Shown in pieces: positions 38,401 to 47,001 of a DNA stretch of 64,000 bases; position 1 is the stretch's first letter, and every line of letters begins with the position of its first letter. The stretch spans positions 934 to 64,933 of the forward strand of contig CAVUCH010000011.1 in NCBI GenBank assembly GCA_963739995.1, read 5' to 3'. The notes under the pieces were generated by a model. The model was not told where the DNA came from. It did no database searches and saw only the letters and a list, made by a program, of their open reading frames with translations. The position numbers and the translations under genes were made by a program. Origin of the DNA: Vicinamibacteria bacterium. Its GTDB lineage: Bacteria > Acidobacteriota > Vicinamibacteria > Vicinamibacterales > JAENWD01.

Positions 38401-39205
38401 CGACGCCGGCCGGCAGGTGCGGCACGAGCACGGGCGCGTGCTCTACACGCAGGGCGCCACACCTGACGATCTGCAGTTCCTGCTCGACGGCGCCGTGCAG
38501 GCGAGCGTCGAGGATCACGGCCCGGTGTCGCGTGTCGAGCTGCAGGCTCCGGCGGCGCTGGCGTTCGACGAAGTCATGGAAGGGGCGCCATCAGCGGCCA
38601 CGATCACGGCAATGGACCGCGCAATCTGCCTGGCGCTGCGCAACGAGCAGGTGCTCGGCCTGCTTGCCGAGAACGCCGACCTCGTGCAGGGCCTCTTCCG
38701 GATGGCCATCGAGCGCGAGAACGGCGCTGGGCTGCGTGGCGTCGTTCGAGGCGTCGATCACGGCGATGTCGCGCGGGGCACCGAGAGCCTGCAGCCGGTC
38801 GAAAAGATCCTGCTGATCCAGGAGGTGCCGGTCTTCGCGCGCGCGTCGGCTGCCGACGTGAGTGCGCTGGCCACGAGCGGACGTGAGGTTCGCGCGGCCG
38901 CCGGCGAAACACTCTTCGAAGAGGGAGATGCCCCGGCCATATATGTGCTGGTCACCGGAGAGCTGGCGCTCGAGCCGATCGCCGGAGGTGCGCCGGTGGC
39001 GGCCGGGGCCGGAGACACCGTAGGGGTGTTCGAGACCCTGAGCGGCGCCGACACCACCGGCTGGCGCGCCCATGTCACCCGCGATACCGTCGCGCTGCGA
39101 TTCGACCGCGAGCCGCTGTTCGACGTGCTGGCCGATCACATCGAGCTGCTGCAGGCGATGTTCAGCGCGGTGCTGCGCCGCGAGGGCTCCGCCGCCAGCA
39201 TCTAG
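35498..39205 (+). CDS. TLC/Npt1-like MFS transporter + HEAT repeats + two cNMP-binding-like (CAP_ED) domains, 1235 aa
   Basis: The start is ATG 35498, with AAAGGA upstream. The N-terminus is ESGIAVLMFAYSFLAMTAYNIIQPITRSRFI followed by about 12 TM helices. HEAT-like repeats follow (SPTVRARALRTLEA, HPEVRAAAVAALAA, DRDPRMVVTAAAALA, DPAREVAEEAIRSAG). The C-terminal modules begin LRRMALFDYVSVDELFRFADAG... and IQEVPVFARASAADVSALATSG... Confidence 0.78.
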   Translation: MALSRRLLAPIVELRENESGIAVLMFAYSFLAMTAYNIIQPITRSRFISSLGADNLPYVLLVSVFIVGGIMQGYSRLGSLVPPKWVVPVTQGAMVALLAGFWMAAGWGWTSVDVGFYLFGQIYGILLISQFWTLANIIFDPRQAKRLFGFIGGGASLGGVAGGAITSLLTRTVGNANLMLVSAGVLAVCAVVVVLVVRRTRSEDLAGLEEAGKEEGVSGGEAIQMLRRSRHLQIIAAVIAMTSIGAGLIDQQLNMATEAAKGSQGTDAITAVLANVRVYTSVVGFVIQVWLTSKIQRFLGIGFALMILPLGLGSTALLILLTRQLWAPMFARVFDQSIRYTVDKTSREILFLPLPSDIKAKAKPFVDVTVDRFGRAANALILLVLIKPWGLNLSWPQISYASLVVMAVWIVLALRAKRGYMVAFRRSLETDDVQAQDLRHAEPDLFTIETLVEELGHPDARHVLHAIDLLEGFDKRHLISPLLLHHASPTVRARALRTLEAARPDVQARWSAGIERMLKDEHPEVRAAAVAALAATRGEQAVGVMRPFLEDRDPRMVVTAAAALADSPAEEDVTAAEHALRTLALDTRQTAVSARREVAQALGHIKSPRFRHLLVPLMYDPAREVAEEAIRSAGRLGAVDYLFVAPLLALLRNRLLKAHARQVLVGYGEGIVETLAYFMRDEEEDVWVRRHIPSTLALIPTQQSVDVLLSALDAPDGYLRYKALRALGRMKREHPELTIPTAPVEALVVKETSRYFNYLGLHYNVVVRDPVAKDTLLARALREKLGRTVDRIYYLLAMIYPWKDIAAARWTLEHASGRARAGALEYLDNLLTGQMRKRVIPVLDDVPLEEKVRRGNLLLKSRVRDVEDSLAQLVHDADQIVAATAIHFVESRGVWALADDLEYTLEHREAKDWYVFEAASWALAAQRMAVDERRTRWMEPLPAVELADRLRRMALFDYVSVDELFRFADAGRQVRHEHGRVLYTQGATPDDLQFLLDGAVQASVEDHGPVSRVELQAPAALAFDEVMEGAPSAATITAMDRAICLALRNEQVLGLLAENADLVQGLFRMAIERENGAGLRGVVRGVDHGDVARGTESLQPVEKILLIQEVPVFARASAADVSALATSGREVRAAAGETLFEEGDAPAIYVLVTGELALEPIAGGAPVAAGAGDTVGVFETLSGADTTGWRAHVTRDTVALRFDREPLFDVLADHIELLQAMFSAVLRREGSAASI

Positions 39206-39233
39206 CTGGCCTGTATCGCCTTCACGTAACGAC

Positions 39234-40238
39234 ATGCACGACGTCATCGTGGTCGGCGCCGGACCGGTCGGGCTCGCGTGCGCGATCGAAGCCCGGCGTC
39301 AGGGCCTCTCCGCGCTGGTCATCGACAAGGGCACCCTGGTCAATTCCATCGTCGGCTATCCGGCGCGCATGGAGTTCTTCTCGACACCCGAGCTGATCGA
39401 AATCGGCGGGTACCCCTTTCCGGTGCAGGGTTACAAGCCCACCCGGGAGGAGGCGATCGAGTACTACCGCGGCGTGGCGGCGCGGGAGGGAATCCCGATC
39501 CGGCTGTACGAACGGGTGCTCGAGGTCCGGGGGACGACGCCGGCATTCACGGTCGTCACTGACAAGGGGGAGAACACTGCCGGACACGTGGTTGTCGCCA
39601 TCGGCTTTTTCGATGTGCCCAACCGGCTCAATGTGCCCGGTCAGGATCTTCCCAAGGTCACGCACTACTATTCAGAGCCATACCGCTACGTTCGGCAGAA
39701 GGTCGCGATCATCGGCGCGAAGAACTCCGCCGCGAAGGCCGCACTCGACTGCCACCGGCACGGCGCGGAAGTGACGCTCGTCGTGCGGGCGCCAGCGCTC
39801 TCCGACAAGATCAAGTACTGGATCAAGCCCGATCTCGAGAACCGCATCAAGGAAGGCAGCATCCGCGCCTGCTTCGACACGACGGTCGATGCCATCCGGG
39901 AGACGTCGCTCGTCCTGCGGACGCCAGGAGGGGTCGAGGAGATCGCGAACGACTGGGTCCTGGCGATGACCGGCTACCGGCCGGACTACCGGTTCCTCGA
40001 AGCCCTCGACATCGCCATCGCAAACGACGCGTATCGCACGCCGGTGTTCGACGAGGCGACCTTCGAGACGAGCCGTCCGGGACTGTATCTCGCCGGGACG
40101 GTCTGCGGCGGCCATCACACGAGCCGCTGGTTCATCGAGAACGGACGTTTTCACGCCGCGCAGATCGTCAAGCACATCACGCAAGGACGCGCAGACAGGA
40201 TCGACTTCGACGCCGTGCACTGGAAGACGGAGGAATAG
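39234..40238 (+). CDS. ypdA: YpdA-family putative bacillithiol disulfide reductase (FAD/NAD(P)-binding)
   Basis: MHDVIVVGAGPVGLACAIEARRQGLSALVIDKGTLVNSIVGYPARMEFFSTPELIEIGGYPF is collinear with the YpdA N-terminus. A second Rossmann motif is VAIIGAKNSAAKAAL. The gene lies 28 nt after the upstream stop. Confidence 0.8.
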   Translation: MHDVIVVGAGPVGLACAIEARRQGLSALVIDKGTLVNSIVGYPARMEFFSTPELIEIGGYPFPVQGYKPTREEAIEYYRGVAAREGIPIRLYERVLEVRGTTPAFTVVTDKGENTAGHVVVAIGFFDVPNRLNVPGQDLPKVTHYYSEPYRYVRQKVAIIGAKNSAAKAALDCHRHGAEVTLVVRAPALSDKIKYWIKPDLENRIKEGSIRACFDTTVDAIRETSLVLRTPGGVEEIANDWVLAMTGYRPDYRFLEALDIAIANDAYRTPVFDEATFETSRPGLYLAGTVCGGHHTSRWFIENGRFHAAQIVKHITQGRADRIDFDAVHWKTEE

Positions 40239-40299
40239 GCGCTGAGTACCGGGCGCTCGGCGCTGGGCTTGCCCGGCGGCTCGCGGCGGGCGAACGAGT

Positions 40300-40902
40300 T
40301 CAGAGGTTGCGGGAGCGTCGTGGCAGGAACCGGCCGGTCGCGTCGCGGTAGGTGCGGTAGCTCTCGCCGAAGCGCGCCAGCAGGTTGCGTTCCTCGACGG
40401 ACGTGCGCACCACCATCAGCATGAACGCCACGGTGCCGGACGCCAGGATGAACCAGTTCGCCGCGATGACGGCGCTCCCGAGCAGGAGCAGGTACACGGC
40501 GTCGTAGAACGGGTGCCGCACCCAGCGATATGGTCCCGTGATCACGAGGGTGTGCGCCTTCCGCGTCACGACCGTGTCCGTGAGGTTCGGCCCGAGATTG
40601 CGGAGCGTCCAGACCAGCAGCGCGCTGCCTGCAATCCAGGGGACGATGCCCATGAGCCGGGCCCACGGCGGCAAAGGCAATGACGACCACGCCATACGCG
40701 CCGGACTCACGAGATACGTGACCAGCGCGACCATGCACGCGATCCCCACAGGCCGCAGGGTCGCGAGGATCAACAGCCCTTCCTGCGAGCGGTCGAGGGG
40801 CTCACCCGTGGCCTGTGACCGAATGCGGTGGTACAGCATGAACGGAAACACGCCGGCGAAGCCCAGGGCCAGCAGCGTGCGATAGGTGTTCTCGTCGTGC
40901 AT
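40300..40902 (-). CDS. isoprenylcysteine carboxyl methyltransferase (ICMT)/PEMT-family membrane methyltransferase
   Basis: LVITGPYRWVRHPFYDAVYLLLLG...VEERNLLARFGESYRTYR is the ICMT-family C-terminal signature. The start is taken at MHDENTYRTLL (40902). Confidence 0.8.
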   Translation of the reverse strand: MHDENTYRTLLALGFAGVFPFMLYHRIRSQATGEPLDRSQEGLLILATLRPVGIACMVALVTYLVSPARMAWSSLPLPPWARLMGIVPWIAGSALLVWTLRNLGPNLTDTVVTRKAHTLVITGPYRWVRHPFYDAVYLLLLGSAVIAANWFILASGTVAFMLMVVRTSVEERNLLARFGESYRTYRDATGRFLPRRSRNL

Positions 40903-41157
40903 CAGGAGATCCCGCAAGGCTCGGGTCAGCCCGCGCAATGCCGGGTCGCGGCTCTGACATCCGTCGCTGGCTTGCCCGGGCGGACTATACACCCCAGGGA
41001 CACGCCGCATGGCAACACTCCATGCGTCGGCACCGCGACGGGCCGAGACGACCCGCCGTTCCGGCGGAACATCCGGTAGAATCCGCACATCGAGTTTTCA
41101 GGCGGTCGCGACCCACACCCGTCGCTATCCCTGCGCACGGTCCACACGGAGGTCCGC

Positions 41158-41823
41158 ATGAAGAGTGCATTCGTCATCACCGATCGCCGCCGCTTCATCG
41201 CCACGCTGGCGCTCAGCGGCGCCGCATTCACCGTGCGGGGGGCCTTCGCCGAGCAGCTGGCGCGCACGGCGGCCCAGACGGAGGGCCCGTTCTATCCGGA
41301 TCGCCTACCCCTCGACACGGACAATGATTTGATTGTCCTGAACAACGGGCTCACACCGGCGGTCGGCGAGATTACGCACCTCTCGGGACGCATCCTGGAT
41401 GAGACCGGTGCCCCTGTCCGCAACGCCATCGTCGAGATCTGGCAATGCGATCACGAGGGCGTATACCTGCACTCGGCGGACGCCTCCCGCAAGCCGGGTG
41501 ATCGCCACTTCCAGGGGTTCGGACGTTTTCTCACCGACTCCAGCGGAGCCTACTACTTCCGCACAATCAAGCCGGTCCCCTATCCGGGGCGCACACCGCA
41601 CATCCACTTCAAGGTGAAGAAGGGCGGGCGAGATCTGCTGACGACGCAGTGCTACGTCAAGGGTCACCCGGGTAACGCGCAGGACGGGATCTGGAAGTCG
41701 GTCACGGACCCACGCGCGCGCGAGTCGATCACCATCGACTTCAGCCCGGCGCCTGGCTCGCCCACCGGTGAGCTTGCGGCGAAATTCGACATCGTGGTTG
41801 GTCGGACGCCGACCGCTTCGTGA
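41158..41823 (+). CDS. intradiol ring-cleavage dioxygenase-family protein with a Tat-type signal
   Basis: The Tat-like N-terminus is ITDRRRFIATLALSGAAF. TEGPFYP...GRILDETGAPVRNAIVEIWQCD..G.Y...YFRTIKPVPYPGRTPHIHFKV is typical of the protocatechuate dioxygenase beta-like fold. GGAGG lies upstream. Confidence 0.8.
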   Translation: MKSAFVITDRRRFIATLALSGAAFTVRGAFAEQLARTAAQTEGPFYPDRLPLDTDNDLIVLNNGLTPAVGEITHLSGRILDETGAPVRNAIVEIWQCDHEGVYLHSADASRKPGDRHFQGFGRFLTDSSGAYYFRTIKPVPYPGRTPHIHFKVKKGGRDLLTTQCYVKGHPGNAQDGIWKSVTDPRARESITIDFSPAPGSPTGELAAKFDIVVGRTPTAS

Positions 41824-41884
41824 GGCGTTTCGGCACAACCACGGCAGAAGAGACGCGCATGGACAATCACCGCGAGTTCCCGAA

Positions 41885-41921
41885 GAGGCCGGCGCCGCCG
41901 CCATAGGGCCCCGCCGGCCTC
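41885..41921 (+). terminator. candidate stem-loop downstream of the dioxygenase gene
   Basis: GAGGCCGGCG-(17 nt)-CGCCGGCCTC forms a 10-bp perfect stem 62 nt after the stop. There is no U-tract, so terminator function is uncertain. Confidence 0.3.
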
Positions 41922-42081
41922 CCGGGCCTCGTGCACGGCCAGACCGGCGCCAGCGCGACGCCAAGGCAACGGGCTTCACGTTCACGTGGATCTCCGACGC
42001 GGTGTAGCGTCACGCTGCCGCACACGCGCCGGGGAGCGGCTCGGTTTCAGGTTGGCGTCGCCGGAATCTTCGGGGGCCGTG

Positions 42082-43860
42082 ATGACTCGTGCGCTCATTT
42101 CGTCGTTCCTCGCATCCGCCATTGTCGCCTCCATGGCCACCACCCCCGCGCTCACACAGGACGATGCGGCAGAAGCGGCACTGGCGAGCGCGATCAGCGG
42201 GTACGAACAGTTACTCAAGCTCGCCGATCCGGTCACCGCCGGCCTTGATGGCGATCGCGACGCCCTGCGGCGACTGCCCGATCCGCGCCGCGATACGGAG
42301 GTGGCGCGGAGCCGCGAGCTTGCGAACATCGGCGCGAGGCTGGCGCAGATCGATGCCGGCGCCCTGTCGGCGGCCTCGGCGTTGAACCACCAGGTCCTGT
42401 CACGGCTCATCGCCGAAACCGTCGAGCAGACGACCTTCGACTTCGGTCGCATCGCCTTCGAGAACGACGATGGCTTCCACACGCTGGGCGATTACCTGGG
42501 GCGCACTACGAGCATCACCTCGCGCGACGACGCTGATGCCTGGCTCGCCCGGCTCGACGCGCTGCCCGACTTCTATGCGCGGAGCATCGCGAACCTGCGG
42601 CGCGGCATCGAGACGCGGTTCACCCAGCCGAAGATCGTTGTCGATCGCGTGCTCGATGTCGCGCGGAAGCAGGCGGAAGCCACAGTGGAGAACAGCCCTC
42701 TTCTACTGCCCTTCCGCCGGATGCCGCCGGCGATCTCCGCGGCGGTGCAGGCCGATTACCGCGAGCGGGCGCTGACGATCCTGCGAGACAGGGTTGCCCC
42801 GGCGCAGCGCACGTTCGCGGCATTCCTCTCGCAGGACTACCTCCCCGCCGCTCGTCCCGCGATCAGCTGGCGTACCACACCCGACGGCGAGGCCTCCTAC
42901 AGGTTCCTGGTCCGCCGCGAGACGACCACCAGCCTGACGCCAGACGAGATCCATGGGCTCGGACAGGCGGAGGTGGCGCGGATTCGCGCCCTCATGGAAG
43001 ACACCATCAAGGAAACCGGATACTCAGGCACCTTTTCCGGCTTCCTGCAGATGCTCCGTACCGACGCGCGGTTCTACCCGCAGACGCCCGAGGCGCTGCT
43101 CGAGAAGGCCAGTGAGATTGCGAAGCGTGCCGACGATGGGCTGCCGGCGCTCTTCGGGATGCTGCCGCGACTCTCGTACGGCGTCCGGCCGGTGCCGGCC
43201 GACATCGCCGACGGCTACACGACGGGCCGCTACTGGCCCGGTAGCCTGGTCGCCGGACAGGCCGGCGGTTACATGGTGAACACCTCGGACCTGAAGCAGC
43301 GGCCACTCTACGAGCTGCCGGCGCTCACCGTGCACGAGGCCGTACCCGGCCACCACCTGCAGATCGCCCTCGCGCAGGAGCTCGAAGGCATGCCGTACTT
43401 CCGGCGGCACGCCACCACGACCGCGTTCGTGGAAGGCTGGGGCCTTTATGCGGAGTTTCTGGGCGAGGAGATGGGCATCTACCGGACCCCGTACGAACGC
43501 TTCGGGCGCTTCTCGTACGAGATGTGGCGCGCGTGCCGGCTGGTCGCCGATACCGGCATCCACTGGCTCGGCTGGGACATCGACCGGGCGCGGCAGTGTT
43601 TCGCCGAGAACTCCGCGCTCTCGCCGCATAACATCCAGACGGAGCTCGAACGCTACATCTCATGGCCCGGCCAGGCCCTGGCCTACAAGATCGGCGAGCT
43701 GCGGTTCCGTGCGCTCCGGAAGGAAGCGCAAGACAGGCTGGGTGAGCGGTTCAACGTCCGCGCGTTCCACGACGTGCTCCTGCTCGGCGGGGCGCTGCCC
43801 CTGGAGGTACTCGAAACACGCGTGAGAGAGTGGACCAACGCAGAGGCCGGCCGGGAGTAG
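42082..43860 (+). CDS. DUF885 domain-containing protein (putative secreted metallopeptidase-like)
   Basis: The start MTRALISSFLASAIVASMATTPALT is signal-like. PDGEASYRFLVRRETTTSLTPDEIHGLG...VHEAVPGHHLQ...PGQALAYKIGELR are DUF885 hallmarks. Confidence 0.85.
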   Translation: MTRALISSFLASAIVASMATTPALTQDDAAEAALASAISGYEQLLKLADPVTAGLDGDRDALRRLPDPRRDTEVARSRELANIGARLAQIDAGALSAASALNHQVLSRLIAETVEQTTFDFGRIAFENDDGFHTLGDYLGRTTSITSRDDADAWLARLDALPDFYARSIANLRRGIETRFTQPKIVVDRVLDVARKQAEATVENSPLLLPFRRMPPAISAAVQADYRERALTILRDRVAPAQRTFAAFLSQDYLPAARPAISWRTTPDGEASYRFLVRRETTTSLTPDEIHGLGQAEVARIRALMEDTIKETGYSGTFSGFLQMLRTDARFYPQTPEALLEKASEIAKRADDGLPALFGMLPRLSYGVRPVPADIADGYTTGRYWPGSLVAGQAGGYMVNTSDLKQRPLYELPALTVHEAVPGHHLQIALAQELEGMPYFRRHATTTAFVEGWGLYAEFLGEEMGIYRTPYERFGRFSYEMWRACRLVADTGIHWLGWDIDRARQCFAENSALSPHNIQTELERYISWPGQALAYKIGELRFRALRKEAQDRLGERFNVRAFHDVLLLGGALPLEVLETRVREWTNAEAGRE

Positions 43861-43908
43861 TCCGCAGCCGGTGGCGCCGGTGTAGCCCGCCGCCGGCGTC
43901 CTGCTGCA

Positions 43909-44214
43909 TCAGTCGAGCGCGGCGAGCATTCGGCGCGCCTTCATCTGCGCGTGCCGCCGCCGATGCTCGAGGGCGCGGTACTTGTCCGGCCCGCGGAGTG
44001 GTCCGGCCGGGAATCCGGGTCCACGGCGAGTACAGGGCGCCGCGCCCACGCTGGCTCTGGTTGACCGCGGACTCGGGAACCTGCCGCGCGTATGGGATTC
44101 GGCTCCAGCACCGATCGCGGGACCCTGGCTGGCGAGCCGCTTACCACCGACCCCTGGAGCTTCGGAGTCACCGAAGTCGAGCGTGCGAGCAAGACATCCG
44201 TCGAACCTGGCCAT
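43909..44214 (-). CDS. hypothetical small protein (101 aa), weakly supported
   Basis: An ATG at 44212-44214 is preceded by GAGGAG with a 6-nt spacer. The C-terminus is DKYRALEHRRRHAQMKARRMLAALD. The middle is Gly/Pro/Arg-rich and GC3 is lower than in neighbouring genes. This is the only candidate in a 444-bp gap. Confidence 0.25.
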   Translation of the reverse strand: MARFDGCLARTLDFGDSEAPGVGGKRLASQGPAIGAGAESHTRGRFPSPRSTRASVGAAPCTRRGPGFPAGPLRGPDKYRALEHRRRHAQMKARRMLAALD

Positions 44215-44304
44215 GGTGCTCTCCTCTACCGCGTGAGGCCCGGGGCGGGACAGGCCCGCCGGCCGGAACACGAGCAGTGTCGGAGAGAGGCGTGACAGAG
44301 TAGG

Positions 44305-45126
44305 TCACTCGGCTTCGCGGAACCACCCGTTGATCTCCGCGAACGGGATGGCGCCGCCCAACCTGGTGAAGGTGCCGTGTTCCGCAATCTCGGCGGCCGC
44401 CTGCAGGAAACCCGTCCACGCCGCACGAGCGAGCGCGCCGCCGACGCTGATGCGGCGCACGCCGAGCGCGGCCAATTCCGGAACCGTCATGAAGTCTGAG
44501 CCAACCAGGACGTTTACCGGCACGGGCGCTACCGCACCGACCACGGCCGCTACCTGCTCTCTGGTGCCGAGGCCCGGAGCGTAGACGCATCCGGCACCAG
44601 CCTCCGCGTACGCCACCAGCCGGCGAATGGTCTCGGCAAGATCGGGGCGCCCGACGATGAAGCCTTCGGAGCGCGCGGTGAGCAGTACACCCGTCCCACT
44701 CTGATCGATGGCCCTGCGGGCAGCTCGTACACGCTCGACGGCGAGCGTGAACTCGAACAGCGGTTGTGACGAATCGCCCGTCGAATCCTCGATGGAGAGC
44801 CCGGCCACCCCGGTGCTTGCGGCTGCCGCGACATTGGCGGCGACCCCCTCCGGTTCGATCGCGAAGCCTCCTTCGAAATCGGCATTGATCGGCACGTCCA
44901 CGCTGCTGGCAACCGCCCTCATGTGCGCGAGCGCCTCGTGAAGAGCGACATGGTTATCGCGGCGGCCGAGCGACCACGCAAATCCCGCGCTGGTCGTGGC
45001 AAGCGCCGCAAACCCCAACCTTGCAAGCACACGGGCACTGCCCACGTCCCAGGGGTTCGGGATCACGAAACAGCCGCTGCGGTGCAGTTCCCGAAACGCA
45101 AGACAGCGATGCGAGATTTCAGTCAT
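44305..45126 (-). CDS. isocitrate lyase / PEP mutase-family protein (2-methylisocitrate lyase-like)
   Basis: FRELHRSGCFVIPNPWDVGSARVLARLGFAALATTSAGFA...PINADFEGGF...GLSIED matches the ICL/PEPM superfamily. The start is taken at MTEISHR (45126). Confidence 0.8.
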   Translation of the reverse strand: MTEISHRCLAFRELHRSGCFVIPNPWDVGSARVLARLGFAALATTSAGFAWSLGRRDNHVALHEALAHMRAVASSVDVPINADFEGGFAIEPEGVAANVAAAASTGVAGLSIEDSTGDSSQPLFEFTLAVERVRAARRAIDQSGTGVLLTARSEGFIVGRPDLAETIRRLVAYAEAGAGCVYAPGLGTREQVAAVVGAVAPVPVNVLVGSDFMTVPELAALGVRRISVGGALARAAWTGFLQAAAEIAEHGTFTRLGGAIPFAEINGWFREAE

Positions 45127-45255
45127 GACGGCAATCCCTGCAGAAATGCGAACGGCAGCAGATCCAGGACGAGCGGCGGGACGAACCTCCACCGCTCAGG
45201 CGCAAGGGGTGGGCTGGTATCGAAGTGCCTCACGGGTGCCGATCCCGCCGTGCCG

Positions 45256-46794
45256 TTATGGCGCCGCCGAGGTGACGGCTTCGGCCTTCTCCCGCCCGCT
45301 CTCGATCGACCGGTCCAGCAGGGCGTCCACCGATGGCCTGGGAGTCGCCACGAGGAAGATCTGGTAGGCGAACAGCCCCTTGGACGCGTGGATCAGCAGA
45401 TCGTTCAGCCAGACCAGCGCGCGGGACATCCGGTTGTCCCCGAGTGCCTTCGGAAACGGCGCCGGTATTCCCGCGAGCTGCTCCACGTGGAAACCGCACT
45501 GGGCGAACAGCCGTTCGAGCGACTTGAAGGTGTACAGCCGTGTATGGGTCAGATCCAAGATGCCCCGCTTGCCGTAGTTGAAGTTCCCGAGCAGCGCCTG
45601 CAGTCGCACGACCCCGAACACGACGTTGCCGGACGTGACAATGAACGTCGGCCTGCGGTCGGCGCTCCTGGTCGCACTGCGCAGGCGGTCCAGGACGCCC
45701 TCAGGATTCTTGAAGTGCTCGACGACGTCGAGCAGCAGGACGTAATCGAACTGCCGCAGGTCGATGTCGGGAAACGGCTCACGCTCGTCCCAGAGCAGGA
45801 AACGATCGAAGGGCTGCGGCGCGGCGGGCGGGAACTGATCCACCCCGGTAACGCGACAGCCTTTCGCCGCCAGATGCGCGTCGAAGGTGCCGGGGCCGCA
45901 GCCGATGTCGAGGACACGGGAGCCTGGGGACACGGTCTCGAGCGCGGCGGTGTGCGACGAGCGGTACCCGAGCTTGAGGTCGTAATGGGTGTTCGTGTCA
46001 CTGGCAATGTCGAACCGCCGGTCGTAGAAGATGTTCAGCCGGTGCAGCCGGCTGGCGATGGTGGCGGCGACTACCTCCTTCGCGTACTTGAGGCCGTCCA
46101 CCCTGCAGATCTCGTCGCCGTAGTAGGTCGGGATCGGGACCTCGATGATGCGGCAGCCGGCGAGCATCAACTGGATGATGATCTCCGTGTCGAAGTGGAA
46201 CACGTTCGAATTGAATCCGAACGGGATTCTTCTGAGCGCCGCGACGCTGTAGGCGCGAAAGCCGGAGTGGAACTCCGACAAGGCGGAGCCGAGCAGCCGG
46301 TTCTGCAGGAACGTGAGAACCTTGTTCCCCACCAGCTTGTAGAACGGCATGCCCCCCTTCCGTGCCACGCCAGGCACGAGCATGCGGGAGCCCAGCACGG
46401 CATCGGCCGAACCATCCAGCAGCGGCGCGAGAAGCAAGGGAATGGCTTCCGGTGCGTACTGCCCGTCGCCGTGGAGCAGCACCACCACGTCGAAGCCGTG
46501 GCGCATGGCGTACTGGTATCCCAGCTTCTGATTACCGCCGTAGCCCTGGTTCTGGGGGTTGTACAGGACGGTGATCCGGTGGCGGCTCTCGCGCGCGGAC
46601 CGCACGCCCACGTCGAAGGTCCGGTCTTCGGAGGAGTCGTCGATGACCAGCACCTCGGTGTCGTGCTCGAACACGCTGTCCGGCACGCGTGCGAGCACCG
46701 CGTCGAGCGTGGACTCGGCTTCGTACGCCACCACGAAAATCAGGACGCGGGTCCGGCCGGTTCCGGTGGAGCTGTTCACCTGCATCGCCACCAT
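45256..46794 (-). CDS. bifunctional GT2 glycosyltransferase / class I SAM-dependent methyltransferase
   Basis: The N-terminal half has VLIFVVAYEAESTL...VLVIDDSSEDRT...LLHGDGQY (GT2 DxD region). The C-terminal half has RVLDIGCGPGTF...GCRVTGVDQ (SAM motif I). Confidence 0.82.
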   Translation of the reverse strand: MVAMQVNSSTGTGRTRVLIFVVAYEAESTLDAVLARVPDSVFEHDTEVLVIDDSSEDRTFDVGVRSARESRHRITVLYNPQNQGYGGNQKLGYQYAMRHGFDVVVLLHGDGQYAPEAIPLLLAPLLDGSADAVLGSRMLVPGVARKGGMPFYKLVGNKVLTFLQNRLLGSALSEFHSGFRAYSVAALRRIPFGFNSNVFHFDTEIIIQLMLAGCRIIEVPIPTYYGDEICRVDGLKYAKEVVAATIASRLHRLNIFYDRRFDIASDTNTHYDLKLGYRSSHTAALETVSPGSRVLDIGCGPGTFDAHLAAKGCRVTGVDQFPPAAPQPFDRFLLWDEREPFPDIDLRQFDYVLLLDVVEHFKNPEGVLDRLRSATRSADRRPTFIVTSGNVVFGVVRLQALLGNFNYGKRGILDLTHTRLYTFKSLERLFAQCGFHVEQLAGIPAPFPKALGDNRMSRALVWLNDLLIHASKGLFAYQIFLVATPRPSVDALLDRSIESGREKAEAVTSAAP

Positions 46795-47001
46795 TCGATC
46801 AGCCGCATTGTAGCGGACAGACGAGCCCGGGCACGCGGCTGCGCACCGGGTGTTTGCGCCGGCGCGGCAAGCCCCGTCGTGTGCTAGATTCCCACATTCC
46901 CGGCAGGGCCGCCCGGATCTCCGGATCGTCGTGCCTGAGGACCGTCATCGACGGCACAGTGTCGCGAAGCGCCCACCCTGTCGCACAGCCTCGGAACGCG
47001 T

